NCBI GenBank assembly: GCA_010093605.1 | Contig: MU004185.1 | Coordinates: 2,253,334 to 2,317,333 of the forward strand | Direction of reading: 5' to 3' | From: Lophium mytilinum | Lineage: Eukaryota | DNA length: 64,000 bases | Shown: positions 24,475 through 37,195 of the stretch, one piece after another | Position numbering within the stretch: the first letter of the stretch is position 1 | Layout of the letters: each line of letters begins with the position of its first letter | The notes under the pieces: model-generated | The model's database searches: none | Seen by the model: the letters and a program-made list of their open reading frames with translations, nothing else | Told to the model about the DNA's origin: nothing | Program-made: the position numbers and the translations under genes

Positions 24475-27400
24475 CTACTCCCTCTCCTCCTCCCCTTCCT
24501 CCTTCTCCACCCTAAACCCCAGCCCCCTCCAATTCAACCTCAGCGCCAGACTCGAACAAACCACACTCACACTACTCATCGCCATAGCCAAACTCGCCCA
24601 CACCGGATCCAGCCTCACATGTCCTCCACCCCCCGTGCGAACCGCAAACAACGCTCCCGCGGCCACCGGCATTGCAATTAGATTATACACCAGCGCCCAA
24701 CCAAAGTTGAACTTAACCCTGCGGAACACCTTCTTGCTCAACCGAATCAACGTCGGGATCGACCGCAAATCCGACGTAATCAGCACAAACGAAGCGGACG
24801 ACACAGCGACATCACTCCCACTCCCGATCGCGATCGAGACATCCGCCGTCGCGAGCGCGGGCGCGTCGTTGATGCCATCGCCGACCATTGCGACGGTTGC
24901 CCTGCCCTTTCCCCGGCTTCCGAATTTTCGCAGGGAGGGGAGGGTGCGTTGGAGGTATTTGATCTTCTCTGCTTTTTGGGAGGGAAGAACGCCTGCGATG
25001 ACGTGGTCCGAGGGGATACCGACGGAGGCGCCGACGGCGCGGGCGGTTGTTTCGTTGTCGCCCGAGAGCATCCAGACGTCGATGCCGCTGGCGTGGAGGG
25101 AGGAGATTGTGCTGCGGGCTTCGGGGCGGAGGGGGTCGGAGATGGCGAAGGTCGATGCGAGGGTGAAAGTCGTGGGTGGTGTGGAGGAGGATAAGGCGAA
25201 AAGAGCCACAGATTTTCCCTCTTCTTTCCATTTGCTGAGGATTGCGGATTTAGAAGCGGAAATGATGACGCCGTGATCGGCCATGAATGCTTCGTTGCCT
25301 ATGAGTGCGATGACAGTGGATGTCGTTGTTTCAGAGCTAGGTTTGAATACTCCTTTCAGCCCCTTTCCAGGGATCTCGTCAATGGAGATGAGGGCTAGCT
25401 CAGAGGTAGATTTTGAGGCGCAGAAAGCAACGAGGGATTTGGCAATTGGGTGAGTGCTACTTTCCTCTAGCTCCTTGACCATGCCCAGAGCCGTCTCCAC
25501 GTCGCAACCTTCTTGGATCTCGTAATCAGTGACCTTTGGGTCTCCACCTTGTGTCAGGGTCCCAGTCTTATCGAAAACGATGCAATCGAGGGAGCTAGCT
25601 TCTTGAAACGCCTCGCCACCTCCTTTGACCAAAATTCCATGCTTAGCAGCCAACCCACCACCTACGAAGAGAGCAGTGGGCGCAGCAAGCCCTATCCCGC
25701 AAGGGCATGCTACGACGAAAACGGCAATGGCGAAGCGGAGGGACCAGAGTTCCCAACCTCCAGAGTCTTTGTCGCGCCAATCTTCGGGGATAGTGCCAGT
25801 GAGGCCGAGGGCCAACCAAATCACCCAAGTGCTGATAGCGACGAATACGACGAAAGGAACGAAGTGGCTGGTGATGACATCAGCGACTCTTTCTACAGGT
25901 GCGCGTTTAGCCTGACCCTCGCGGACTACGCTGATAATTTGGTCGAGCATCGAGGTTCCAGAGACAGTGTTGATCTGAACAGTGATAGCGCCGCCTTTGT
26001 TGATGGTGCCAGAAAAGACGGTATCGCCAGGTTCCTTGTCCACGAGTCTCGCTTCTCCCGTCAGGCTAGATTCATCGAACTTGGCGGACCCGGCGGCGAT
26101 GAGCCCATCAAATGGAGGAGAAGTGCCGTGTGGAACTCTTACATTATCTCCAATCTCAAGCAGGTCGACTGATATTTTTCGATCTCCAGACTCAGAGCCC
26201 CCAACTAAGATCGCTTCGTCTGGTCTTAGTTTTCCCAACGACGTAACCGCATCCCCCGTTTTCGCTTTGCTGTACGCTTCCAGAAACCGTCCAATAAGCA
26301 AGAACATCGTGAGAAAGACCACCGAGTCGAAGTAGCTATCGCTCAAACTCCCGCTCGATTTCTTCAACCCCGCCCGAATCAACTCAACAATCGACGCAAA
26401 ATAGGCAATACTCGTGCCTAGGCACATAAGCATATTCATGCTACCAAACCGATAGAACCGCTGGAAAAAAGGGGTCCGACTACCCGGTCTCCACATCGCG
26501 CGCATTTCCTTCAGTGCTCGCACATGGAAAGTGTCCGCGGCGAAGAAATAGACGGGCGTGGCGAGGAAGAAGAGCGCCCATTGGATACGTGGAATGTTGC
26601 CGGCCCACATAGACTCCATAAGGTAGCAGCGTTGACGGTTTGAGGCGGGGACTAAAGACATGTAAACGATGCCGAGTATGAACGTGGGAATGGCGATGGA
26701 GAAAGAGAGGACTAGGCGAAAGAGGATCCGGCGACGTTCTCGGGCATGCATGTCATGAGCACGTTCTTCGAGTGTAGGAGGGTGGTAGATGGTAGGTTTG
26801 AAGATGGGGTCAATTGCGGAAATTGAGTTGACGATGTGTCTGATGGTGAAATCGGGTGGGTTTGGGAGGTACCTGATTCGCAAGAGGCCGGTCTTCTCAT
26901 TGAGGGGTGGCTTTTCGTACTCGATTTTGTTGCCGTAGATGTCGTTTAGTCCGGTGATGATGCGTGGCGGACAGTGGTGACAGAACATGCCTTCTATGCG
27001 GATTGCCATAGATCTCTCTTGTACTACCGCTTGCTGTTGCCCGACAGGGAGCAGAGTATCCAGAGTGGCATCGTACCCCGAGTCCTCAATAGCCTCTTGA
27101 ATCTCCGTTAGGTGGTCGTTCCCAGTAAAAGTTACCGTAGCACTATTCGACACGAGGTTGACATCGACACTCTCGATCCAGGCGTATCCCTTGAGCGCAT
27201 TTGTAACGTTGGCCACACACGAGCTGCAAGTCATTCCTCCAACTGAGTACGTCGCTTTCCACCGTTCCGATCCAGGTACTGTTGCTGTCTTCTTCGCCGA
27301 CGCTCCAGCAACCTCAACCAACGACTGAAGCGTAACTTCGAATCCGGCATCCTCAACTGCCTCCACCACCTCGCTCGTGTGATGTTTTCCATCAAACACC

Positions 27401-28122
27401 ACCAACCCACTCGCGGTAAGTAGATTAACATCCACCGACCTCACGCACCCCAAGCCCTTAACAACCCTCGAGATACTCGCCACACACGACGCGCAAGTCA
27501 TCCCCGAGATCGCGAGGGTCGCTCGCCACACCCCATCCCCAGCCCCATCATCAACAAAGACAAACCCATCCCCGTCCACCTCAACCTCACCAACATCCTC
27601 CTGTCGTTTAACCTCCTCTTTCTCCGTCAAGGCCGCACTCGACTCGCTCTCATGCCTCACTTTCCTCAGCCCCCCAACATCCTCCTCTTCAACTCGACAC
27701 AACGCACACTGCTCTACATGCTTCCTCCTCTTCATCATATCGTCTTCTTTCGCCTGCCCCCTTGAATGCCGCCACCGGCTCACCGCCTGCTCGAGGCTAT
27801 TCTGCCACTCGGGACTCTTCCGCTCGCTCTGCACGCCGACCCTAATTTCGGGATCCTGGAAAATCGAATGCACCTCGAATCCCGCAAGTTCGAGGGCGTC
27901 TACGACATCGTCCACGGGGACGCGGTCACTATGGCGCAGGATCACCTCGTGGGAGACGATAGAGTGGGAAATGACCTCAGGCGGGGGATGCAGAGCGTTG
28001 AGGGCGGCGGAGATGCTGACGATGCAGGAGGGACAGTGCAGGTTGGATATAAAGACCGTGGTTGTGGTGCTGGCCGGTGGTGATGGCGGTGGTAGTGGCG
28101 GACGCCCCTGCGTGTTCGCCAT
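24475..28122 (-). CDS. crpA: Cu(I)-transporting P1B-1 ATPase, copper-resistance (CrpA/Crp1-like) type; likely start MANTQG at 28122
   Basis: HMA motifs LHCPSC, MTCASC, MTCSSC and MFCHHC; TGEA, CPC, DKTGT, HP, GDGIND, YN and MxxSS motifs. The family is secure; the orthologue name is less so. Confidence 0.9.
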   Translation of the reverse strand: MANTQGRPPLPPPSPPASTTTTVFISNLHCPSCIVSISAALNALHPPPEVISHSIVSHEVILRHSDRVPVDDVVDALELAGFEVHSIFQDPEIRVGVQSERKSPEWQNSLEQAVSRWRHSRGQAKEDDMMKRRKHVEQCALCRVEEEDVGGLRKVRHESESSAALTEKEEVKRQEDVGEVEVDGDGFVFVDDGAGDGVWRATLAISGMTCASCVASISRVVKGLGCVRSVDVNLLTASGLVVFDGKHHTSEVVEAVEDAGFEVTLQSLVEVAGASAKKTATVPGSERWKATYSVGGMTCSSCVANVTNALKGYAWIESVDVNLVSNSATVTFTGNDHLTEIQEAIEDSGYDATLDTLLPVGQQQAVVQERSMAIRIEGMFCHHCPPRIITGLNDIYGNKIEYEKPPLNEKTGLLRIRYLPNPPDFTIRHIVNSISAIDPIFKPTIYHPPTLEERAHDMHARERRRILFRLVLSFSIAIPTFILGIVYMSLVPASNRQRCYLMESMWAGNIPRIQWALFFLATPVYFFAADTFHVRALKEMRAMWRPGSRTPFFQRFYRFGSMNMLMCLGTSIAYFASIVELIRAGLKKSSGSLSDSYFDSVVFLTMFLLIGRFLEAYSKAKTGDAVTSLGKLRPDEAILVGGSESGDRKISVDLLEIGDNVRVPHGTSPPFDGLIAAGSAKFDESSLTGEARLVDKEPGDTVFSGTINKGGAITVQINTVSGTSMLDQIISVVREGQAKRAPVERVADVITSHFVPFVVFVAISTWVIWLALGLTGTIPEDWRDKDSGGWELWSLRFAIAVFVVACPCGIGLAAPTALFVGGGLAAKHGILVKGGGEAFQEASSLDCIVFDKTGTLTQGGDPKVTDYEIQEGCDVETALGMVKELEESSTHPIAKSLVAFCASKSTSELALISIDEIPGKGLKGVFKPSSETTTSTVIALIGNEAFMADHGVIISASKSAILSKWKEEGKSVALFALSSSTPPTTFTLASTFAISDPLRPEARSTISSLHASGIDVWMLSGDNETTARAVGASVGIPSDHVIAGVLPSQKAEKIKYLQRTLPSLRKFGSRGKGRATVAMVGDGINDAPALATADVSIAIGSGSDVAVSSASFVLITSDLRSIPTLIRLSKKVFRRVKFNFGWALVYNLIAMPVAAGALFAVRTGGGGHVRLDPVWASLAMAMSSVSVVCSSLALRLNWRGLGFRVEKEEGEEERE

Positions 28123-29246
28123 GGCTTGTAGAATGAAGGTGCAGTAGGACACGCGGTTGCCTTGTTGTTTGGGTGCACAGTATAACTGCTGTGATGGATG
28201 TGAAGTCCGTGGACGATTAATCAATTAATCAAAAGTGGGCGTTTGAAGTAGCACAGACAGATAGATACAGCCGCCGGGTCTTCGGGAGGAGGGGCGAGTG
28301 TCTTATGCCCACGAGCAGCTGCGGAAGACGCGAGTGCGTCTATTGTGCGGGCAGCGATGACTCGGCAGCCGACGCACTAAGCTCGCCATTCCAGCTGCTC
28401 CCCAGCGAGAGGGTTTCGAGGCGTTGGCGAGGGAGAAGTGCGAGTGGTGGAGATCGACCGCACAAGTTGCGCACACGTCACGGGCGATCGCACAAAGCGC
28501 GCATGATGCTGATTGGCTGCCGTCAACCACACCTATTTGCTTTGTGATACGGAAAGTCGGATCTCGCCGTAAAGATTGCACCTAAATGCAGACCGGATAC
28601 TATGTACGGTTGATATATGCATACCTTACTCTATTTTAGTGCATCTGTGGTACCCGCGTGGTGGGAGCCCGTTTACCACCCCCCCGCAACGGCATCCCAC
28701 ATCCCCACCGCTACGCGAAAAGCTTGATGGCGATAAGCTTGAATAGCACGTGAAAGGGTCCAGGTGCCCATCCATCTCAACCTTATTATCACCCATCGCC
28801 AATGGCATGGGTAAGTTGGAGTCTGTGAATGCTAGCATGCCACGCCAGATCCGACAGCGTCTCTAAACGCGATTGGAAGGGCGCTAATGACACGATTTGA
28901 TGCTCATAGATTGCATTAATCTGCATTTCTGCCTGAATGGGAACGAAGGTGGCAGTATAGGGTAGACGATGCAATTCAAGGTATGTATGTATGCACCTAT
29001 CGAGCGGGGTCCGAGAGAGTTTACGAGACACAAGGATAATAATATTGTGCAACGTCTCACCAACCGGCCGATCGAGTATCAAAAGTGTCTTGAAAGTACA
29101 AGTCCAATGTCGCCGCGTTGCTCAAAGCTCAAAGTAACCAGGGGTATAGTAATAGCGCCATCCAAACTAGGAAAAATAACTCAAAAAGGGAACAGTAAAG
29201 TAGGTCATGACGGTCATAAGACTCAGGGGAGGGTGGTTAGTTCCAT

Positions 29247-30497
29247 TCAATCGGAGTTCTGGTCATTTTCGAGCTTCCACTTGAGATGCTGCGCAAGCGC
29301 CTTCTCAGTCTCTAGCTCCGCTTCGAGCGTCGAGATACGGAGGCCCAGCTCCGTAATCTTTGAGTCTTTGGCTTTGATGGCGAGTCGGGATATTTCGCGC
29401 CTGGACCAGAAATGTTAGCGACCATCCACTCCAATCTCCGGGAAGAAATAAACACCTACCCTTTGATAATCCCTTGCGTCCGCAGATCATGCTTGTTCAA
29501 CACCGTCCGCACCCCCTCTTTCGTCACTTCATCTAACGCGACATTATTCACACTGAGCACTCCAAGCACATCGGTTATCAACAGGCAGTCCTCCCCATCC
29601 CCAACGTCCACATCCCTAAACCGGCTCGGTGTCGGGGTGGTATCTTTCGCAGCAAGCGTGTTACTCGACCGTATCGGCGTCGGCGTCCCCACTGGCATCG
29701 GCAGCGTATAGCCTCTCATGATCTCTTTCTGGCGCTCCGAACCCGCCGTAACGTAGGACGAGTTCGACACCACGCTTGCCGGCGATGTCCGATCTATCCT
29801 CCCCGCCCCCTCTAGCAAAGTCTTGGACATGGATGTCGGCGTCGGAAGACCATCCGCATTCACCGGGCTATTTTCCAGCCACGGCAATTTGCGCCTGCTA
29901 GTATTCGGCGTCGTGAATGTGTCCGTCTTCACCGCTTTCCGGGGCGTTTCCGGAGGTTTAGAGAGGGTGTCGTACTGCTTCCCCAGCCGCGCGAGCTCCA
30001 CGCTGTCGATCGAGTCGTCCCAGCCATAGTCTTCCTCCTCATCACTGCGTCCTCGCTTCTTATGCCCGTCCTCATGTTGCGGTAGCCCATAATCGCTCGG
30101 TGTGAACGCCCTCGTGACCGCAATCGTAGGTTTCTTCGGCGTCGTTACCGGCGTCGCAGGCTCCGTCCTCGAATTCCCCAACACAGCCCGCCCCTCGCGC
30201 GGCTTCGCGGCATCCTCCCACAGGAAGAAGTTGCAGCACTCTTCGTCGTCTTGGCTCTTCTGGCATTTGTAGAACCAGCGGCCTTTGTTCGCGGTTTCTT
30301 TCTTGGTCTGGAGGTGAATGGCGGGGAGGCGGGGTGTGCAGTCGCCTGAGTTGGTGTTAGCGGCGGATTCGCGGTGATTGAGCGAGGGAGCGGTTACATT
30401 TCCAGGTGCCGTCCTCGAAGAGGCCCTTTTGCGTTGTGGCGTAGGAATGGGAGGGTCTGCCTTTGCCGCCTCTGCGGGCGCCTCGGAAGTTGGACAT
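29247..30497 (-). CDS. GRF zinc-finger protein with low-complexity middle and coiled-coil C-terminus (3 exons)
   Basis: GLFEDGTWKC|DCTPRLPA..TKKETANKGRWFYKCQ..CNFFLWED; C-terminus L..HDLRTQGIIKG|RDISRLAIKAKD.KI.EL. Confidence 0.88.
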
Positions 30498-31219
30498 AGT
30501 GGTTGGAGGAATGAGGATGTGGGGAGCGGCGATAGGTGCCTTAGCTGTCCTCGAGAGGTATTGGTCGCATGGTCTACGATGTTGTGTGAGATGTTCAGGC
30601 GGAAGGCTGGCGAAGCGGAGGTGTGGCTGGGAATTAGTGACGTTAGCGGGGAGAACGCAAAGCTTTGACCACTTCAGTCTTCCTCCCAATCCCCTGCAAA
30701 CTGTAAAGCAACTACAGTATCCCTTAACCCTTCGATTTGGGCTCAACGCTATCGATGATGATGCGGCCAATTGGAGCTTTAATTCATGAGAACTGCGGCG
30801 ACGTTTGGACAACTCAGTACGGTGTTCAACACATGTTCAAAATCATGAACCGAGCGTTGCATGCTGACGGCGTAATTCGGCTGGCACTAAGGGCGAATAA
30901 CGCTATTCAGAGAGCGCACAAGTAAAGAGTGTAACTTTATTAAGATCAAACTAAGGCGGACTGTCAGAGTGGAAATCTATCTATTAGAGTTCGTCTTAGT
31001 AGGCAAATCGCAGGTCACATGGTAATTTGGAAGGACGTACAATCCCTAGTCAAGCGACTACCTCTCATCCATTTTTTAGAAAGCATTCCAAGACTTCTAT
31101 TCAATATCCTTTAATCTCTGAAACCTCATCATATCTCTTTCGCGGCCCCTATGCTTATTCTTTGCCAGCAGTAAACATCAGTCCTCGATAGTGTTGATCT
31201 CATTATCTCACTTCTGGTA

Positions 31220-33172
31220 TCAAATTGCGACGAGGGTGCAATTGAACTTCTGGGACATCAGCCGTTCTTGAGATGGTTTTGTGGAATCTCCGGGATTCTC
31301 CATGTGCCAATCGTTGAAAGCGTTCATATCGCAGTCGAATCTACTCATACCGCAGAGCTGGGTTGTGCAGGTTCGATAGGCTAAGAGCTTGTATCTTGAA
31401 CACCATCTAGGTTGACAATCGCTTGGTTTGCCGTAGTAGAGCGTGAATGCCGTAGAAGCGTACTCGTATGGCCTGTCTACGTTGATGTAGACGTATTGCG
31501 GTATTCCATCGTGTCTGACGTAGCTATCCCCAGAAGGGTCTGAAATTCTTTTGTCATTTGAATCATAAAGAACCCACCTATGGTTGGTGTAAATCATCAG
31601 CAAAGTCTAAAGATGGGAACGAGTAAGATCAGTAGGTTATGGCTTACTTCATGTCTGAAAATTTGTCCCTCTCCCTGGCTCGATGAGTGAACTCAATCTT
31701 GAACACATTTGTCACTGGCGGCGGGGGTTCGATGATTTGGTAAGACGATGTACCACAGGCACTATCTGTGGTGCCAAGTTCCAACATGACACCCTTCTCC
31801 CCGCTCGGGACGCCTATTCCATATTAGTTCCAAGTAGAAAAAATCCTCCAGCATTGCAGATACAACTCACAGTTTAGAAATGCCAGGAACATTTCTTTGC
31901 AATTATTAATACACGGTGGCTGGAACCCGTTATCAATTTTCGGTGCCCATCCAAAGTCAAACTTGTGGTTCTTGTAGTCAGGGTATTGCTGGGGCCCACG
32001 TGCATCATCCACAGTGAAGTGATTCTGCCTTGCATCCGATAGATTAGTTAGGCTCATGCATTCAGATGTTATCAGACTATCAAATTTAGTAGGGGAACGA
32101 GCGGTTGGTGCGATTTTGACAGACCTGTTGAACAAATCAAGATCCATCTTTACAACCTTTCCTGATCCGCACTGGGATTTTCTAACCTGCCCTTTGAGTG
32201 CTATTTCTTTTGCGAAGGCCAAAGCCTCAGGCTGGGCGACGTGGGGAGCAAACGGAAATTTAGTGTCTTTGAGACAGGGGCAGCTGTATATCCATTAGAT
32301 ATCTTGAGATGTTATAATACGATGGAACTACCTGCCCTTTCCATTTTTCTTTGGCCAGCTAGATTTGTTCGTCAGTCGGCACCTTTCTAGCATTTGGAAA
32401 GACGGTACAACTTACCCCAACACACCGCAACTGTCCACTATCTCCCCCGCAGTTTTGACACTACGGAAGCCTATCAGGAAGATGACATGTACTAGACGAC
32501 TGGGTTGGCTGTGCAGTTGTCACTTGCGAGACTAGACTTTTTTGAATGACATAGGCATCTGTGCCAGTCGGACGCTCGTTCCAGATCATGCGAGCGTAGG
32601 ACAACCAGTACACCAATAGCATCAGATTGTCAAAGTTCTCGCCAGTGACTCTCAGGGTCAGAGTCTTGCCAAGGTTAATGAGCTGTTGGAGTGCCCTGAG
32701 TTCGCCGTCGCCGGCCGGTTCGGGCAAACGTTGCTGAGCGACATGCGCAGCTTCGCGTAATCTGCCAGCGTCCATGGCATTCAGGAAAGCGGTACCCGCT
32801 GGAACGACGCAGTCTAAGAAAAACCGCTTTCGACTCGAGGGGCATTGGACCTGGTCAAGAAGTAGGCCAAGATCCTTGTTCAGTTGAGCGGGAAGCGTTA
32901 TAACAACGTCCCCTGTGTCATGATTATCAGCAGGAGCTGTCATTGTCACAATCTTCAAACCTCTATGCGAACGTTAAAAATCGAAAATATGTAGAATTAC
33001 GCGAGGTATAGTGGCAGTAAAACACAAGATTTGGATAATATATTTACCCTGTAGACTCCACTGTATCCTTTCGTATTTTGGGAGCTGGTGTAATCATGGG
33101 TACTGGTTCGCTAAGAGCAGTCCGTATGGCGGAAAGAAGAAAGAGAAAGAGAAAACAGAAAGATTGCACCAT
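31220..33172 (-). pseudogene. Multi-exon secreted Cys-rich protein gene carrying a premature stop
   Basis: Signal peptide MVQSFCFLFLFLLSAIRTALS at 33172; LP*CQNCGGDSGQLRCVG..KWKGCPC with in-frame TAG at 32461-32463; later exons lie in ORFs 31824-32222 and 31220-31603. Confidence 0.65.
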
Positions 33173-33703
33173 GATGCGACGAATTTTTGCGAATATGGAT
33201 ATTCTTGGAAGGAGTTATTGGGCACGTTACCTCAAAGTAGAGGAGATGTGAGGATCAGCATAGTGCAAATCTTTGAACTTTATACGAGAAATAGTAAAAT
33301 TGCTTATGTGTCCACTCCAGTGCATCGAGACCAAAATAGTTGAAGGAACTGAGACGTAGCCCCATGTTTGAAGGTTTACAGCAGGATACCGAAGGAGCCT
33401 TGCAGGTTTCCGCAGTCATATGTGCTTTGAAACCTAGCTGACTGTTGGGATGGGCACGGAATCGATGGATCAAAGACAGTCCTCTATGCCGCGTCGTTGA
33501 CGGAATCGACAGGGCTTAGGCTTCGGGTAGTTGGTCAATCATGCATCAAGTGACCCAAAATATCGCGTACATTGAGGGAGAAGGAACAGAGATGTGGCAC
33601 CGTAGTAGCTTGGTATGACATGCGTTAGTTTAGAAAGGTGAACGTAGCTATCAAAGTGCGAAAGGAGGCTGAGATAGATGAGGCGCGTTTACTTACGCCT
33701 CTC

Positions 33704-35088
33704 ATGAGCAGGGAAACTTATTTGCGGAGTTTGGACTTTCCGCCCAATAGGAATCTAAGAAAAGAGGTGGGCCTCACCTGACTGACTTCTCTGCTGCGGC
33801 AGTTCCACGTACTCGCCGCATTTGACCAAGCTCTCAAAGATGTGGTAGTGTGGGGAGAGCGAGCAAGTTTACGGCTAGGAAGTGATGGCTCTCTGACGCT
33901 CCCGTACATGGCCAGAGAGTTTGAGAGGTTCTTCCACCGTCCTACAACAGATGTGGAAGCATTTGATCAGGTCAAATGTAAGTCGCCAATCCTTTGCGTA
34001 TGAGTCAACTCAATGATATGACCTATAGACGTTTTCGATACGATCAAGGATCTGACCGAAACATTAAATCGCAAGGCTTCCGATGTTAGAATCTACTGCG
34101 ACGACGATCGGGATTCAGCAGGAGATCGATGGACAAAAGTCGAGGATCAAGAGGGAGACAGTCCACTGAACAGCGAACTGTATAGAGAACCAGAGGATCG
34201 ACGGGAAGATCAAGCGCCAGATACAGGCCCCTTCCAGCAGTGGGAGGATAAAACGAACTGGATAAGAATGTCAAGAGGCTCCGCAGGCTGCCAGTCTAGC
34301 GGAAAGAAACGCCTGGCAGAAGTGCAGTCTTATCAATATACAAAAGATACGCACGCGGACTTTGACACCGAAGAAAATCCCAGACGGGTTGTTATGACAG
34401 TAAGCAAATTGCGATCGCCGATCAGCCGGCTGGAGTCTGAATCTTATCATTGATACGATCTAGCTTTGCGATCACGCATTTGACAACACTGTTGTTCTTT
34501 TCTCCGACATGAAAGACATGGAAAGAGATGGTTGGTTGGTACCGCGTCCAACAGCGAACGATTGTGTCTTTTTTGACCTCAATGATTTGGAATGGGTTTT
34601 GACTGGGACGATATTCCATGAAGTGAGTCGTCATACTTAATACTACCACATTTATTCTTTACTTACTTGCTTTTAGTTCACTCATATGGACCAGGATAAA
34701 CTTCGCAGTAAGTCACCGCATTTTCCTAACTAAATCTCACCTTCCGCGCTTGCCCTAACTTGATGAAGTGGACGACGTCAACGTAATAATTCCTGACCAC
34801 CCGCCCCTAATCGTCAAATGGCCCGATCCTTACCGTATCACTACCTCTTTGCAGGTTTATGAGTACAAACACGCGATCAGAAACGCGGAGACATATACTT
34901 TCCTAGCAGCAATAGCGGTGTTCGCCGACTGGGGATACAGGCACAGAGACACTGAAGACATATACCCGAACTCTATCCGTTACGACGACAATTTGGAAAG
35001 AATCGGGGGAGAGCATTACAAACGCGATCTTCCCGCTTCTAAAGTGAGCCGAGGTCGACGGTCGGTCCCTATGGGATTCCAAAGCTGA
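33704..35088 (+). CDS. Putative aspzincin/M35-like (deuterolysin-like) zinc metalloprotease, multi-exon; 5' end uncertain
   Basis: Exons 33803-33977, 34029-34399, 34464-34622, 34677-34707 and 34769-35088 join in frame: DVRIYCD..MT|LCD..TIFHE|FTH..MDD..AIRNAETYTFLA. Confidence 0.7.
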
Positions 35089-36063
35089 GTAGTTCGAATG
35101 GCGCTCAGTCGTCTGCTCGGATCGGCGCGCATCGTTGGACATATTCATGGCCGAATAGCAGATATGGTGCCAACCGCAAGAGCGCTTCCGGTTCTTTCAA
35201 TACATATGCATTTCCTCGTTGCGAGACTTTCCTAGAACGGTGTTCGGAGATGGTAGGAGGCCTGGATTCTTTACTACTTGAACAACATATACGTGCATAA
35301 AATGCCTTTCAAACCCTAGTTGCAACCAGAGTATAGTGTACCGTGTGAGGGTTGTTGTGTCAATTGGGAGGGTTGAGAAGATCCAGAAGCGGTGAAAGAG
35401 GTGTTGAACCGGCTTTGTGAATGAAAAAGCAGGAAAGGGGCGATGTCGGGGGAAATGGCGGACCGTGCACCCTGCCAAGAAGCCGCCTACTCCTCATGGC
35501 TCAACCTCAACACCAAACCTCGCATCGATCTGCTTTCGCCATTCTCCTGCGCCTCCCTTTATGCAGAAGTCATGCAGTCCGCAAGGCTCAGTTCCTTGGC
35601 GTGCAAGGCGCCATCACACAGCTTCCTCCAATCTCGTGCCTTAGCTGTAGCTCGGCATGAAATGTGCTGTGCCGCAGCGGCTATACCATTGCCACGGGAC
35701 GCTCGAGTAGCCAGCGGCGCAATCGGACGACCGAAGCCTCTCGGCTCATGGTACTGTGGGGCCCGATGCTAGGCCCCTCGAGGCTACCATCAGTCCCATC
35801 AGTTGCGAAGTCAGGGCTTTGTGGCCAACCGTTCATCTTGTGGCTTTATAGCTTTCTCGTCCCATCGGTGGGTGGAGCGGGCCGCTGTGACTTCATGTTT
35901 CATCAAAGGGTCAACTAGGCTTCTTTGGCTGTGCCTCAGCGGTAGGGACCGGGGGTTTGACCAGGTCGTGGGGGCTCGCCGCAAAGCTATCCATATTGGC
36001 GGCCATGCAAAACTCCCAGCTTCTCCCAGCTTTTCTCTCTTTGCGTCTGTCGTTGCAATCAAA

Positions 36064-37195
36064 ATGCGTATCTTCGCGTTTCCCTTATTTTTGAACTTGT
36101 GCTACGTACTCAGCTCGCCTGCAGTGCGACGTGCAGATCTCAGCACACCTACCTCTATCCCACAGCCATCCTCAACAACTCCATCCGACTCAGATTGGTT
36201 CTGGTGGAGTAACGGCCAGAACACGACATACGGCGGCTACTATCCCGAGTGGGATCAATGTCCAAAGGAGGGCACGACATGCGAAGAAGCCTGTGGTCTT
36301 GGAGCCGTGGAATGTGGCACCCTGGGAAATAATTGCTATTTCCCTGGTCTGGGTGATCAATGCTGCTATCAATGGGGAGGTTAGAACTTTATCCGCACCT
36401 TCAATCCGGAACACTGTTAACTTGCTTTTATTAGAGTCATGCTGGGCTGGTACAAAATGCGCATATACTAACGACGATTTTCTTTGCTGCGACGATGTCA
36501 GTTGTGCTCTTTCTGTTCAGCCGGACGTTGCTAACTATATCCAATTAAGGACGAATCGGCAGACGATTGTGCGTCATACCAGGGTACTGGCGTCGCATTT
36601 TTGACACGCACTTCCAGATCCAACTTCATCATATCCCGCCAGCGGAACCAGCCTCATAGATCGGACTACAATATTAATGACGAAAGACCACTACATCACC
36701 GTAACTGCGTCAACCCCGACGTCCACTCCGACCGACTCACTTCAGGTGTTCAAATCAAGCGAGTCCTCGTCATCTTCGGGAATGACCGTAGGAGCCAAGA
36801 TCGGAGTCGGAATCGGAGTACCCGTGGCTGCGCTAGCCCTGGGGCTGCTCGGAGTGTTCGTATGGTTTCGAGCAGTGAAGCGCCATCGCTCGAAGACGCC
36901 TGAGATGAAACCGCCTTGGGGAGTGGATGCTCAGGAATCGCATTTGACGCCGGAGGAATACGAGCGGACGAAGAACCAGAAACCCCCCGAAGATGATGAG
37001 GTGCATGCAACCTATGATGGCGAGCCGGACGGACCAAATGCACCTCCGAGATCCTCTTTTCTTCAGGTATCACCTCTTTCACGGAACCGGGATTCTATGG
37101 CCACTTCATCTGTCAATACTACCTCGCCGAGTGTCAACTATACCCCGATCCCTTTCAACGATCTGCCTGAGCTAGTCGATGGTCCTACGAAATGA
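36064..37195 (+). CDS. Single-pass membrane protein (signal peptide, Cys-rich ectodomain, Ser/Thr stalk, Mid2-like TM, cytoplasmic tail)
   Basis: MRIFAFPLFLNLCYVLS; CEEACG..C..CY.PG.G.QCC..C..C..CC; GAKIGVGIGVPVAALALGLLGVFVWFR; two introns near 36380-36435 and 36497-36549. Confidence 0.85.

Noticed and set aside
24635..26335. Long plus-strand ORFs (213 and 219 aa and others)
   Set aside because: Antisense shadows of the Cu-ATPase with no motifs.
8209..28122. Metal/redox gene cluster (chaC, ZIP, Cu-ATPase)
   Set aside because: The genes are separated by unrelated genes and a transposon, and no shared motif was seen.
28230..28620. Ace1/AceA copper-response elements upstream of the ATPase
   Set aside because: Several GCTG cores are present, but those checked do not fit the HTHNNGCTGD consensus.
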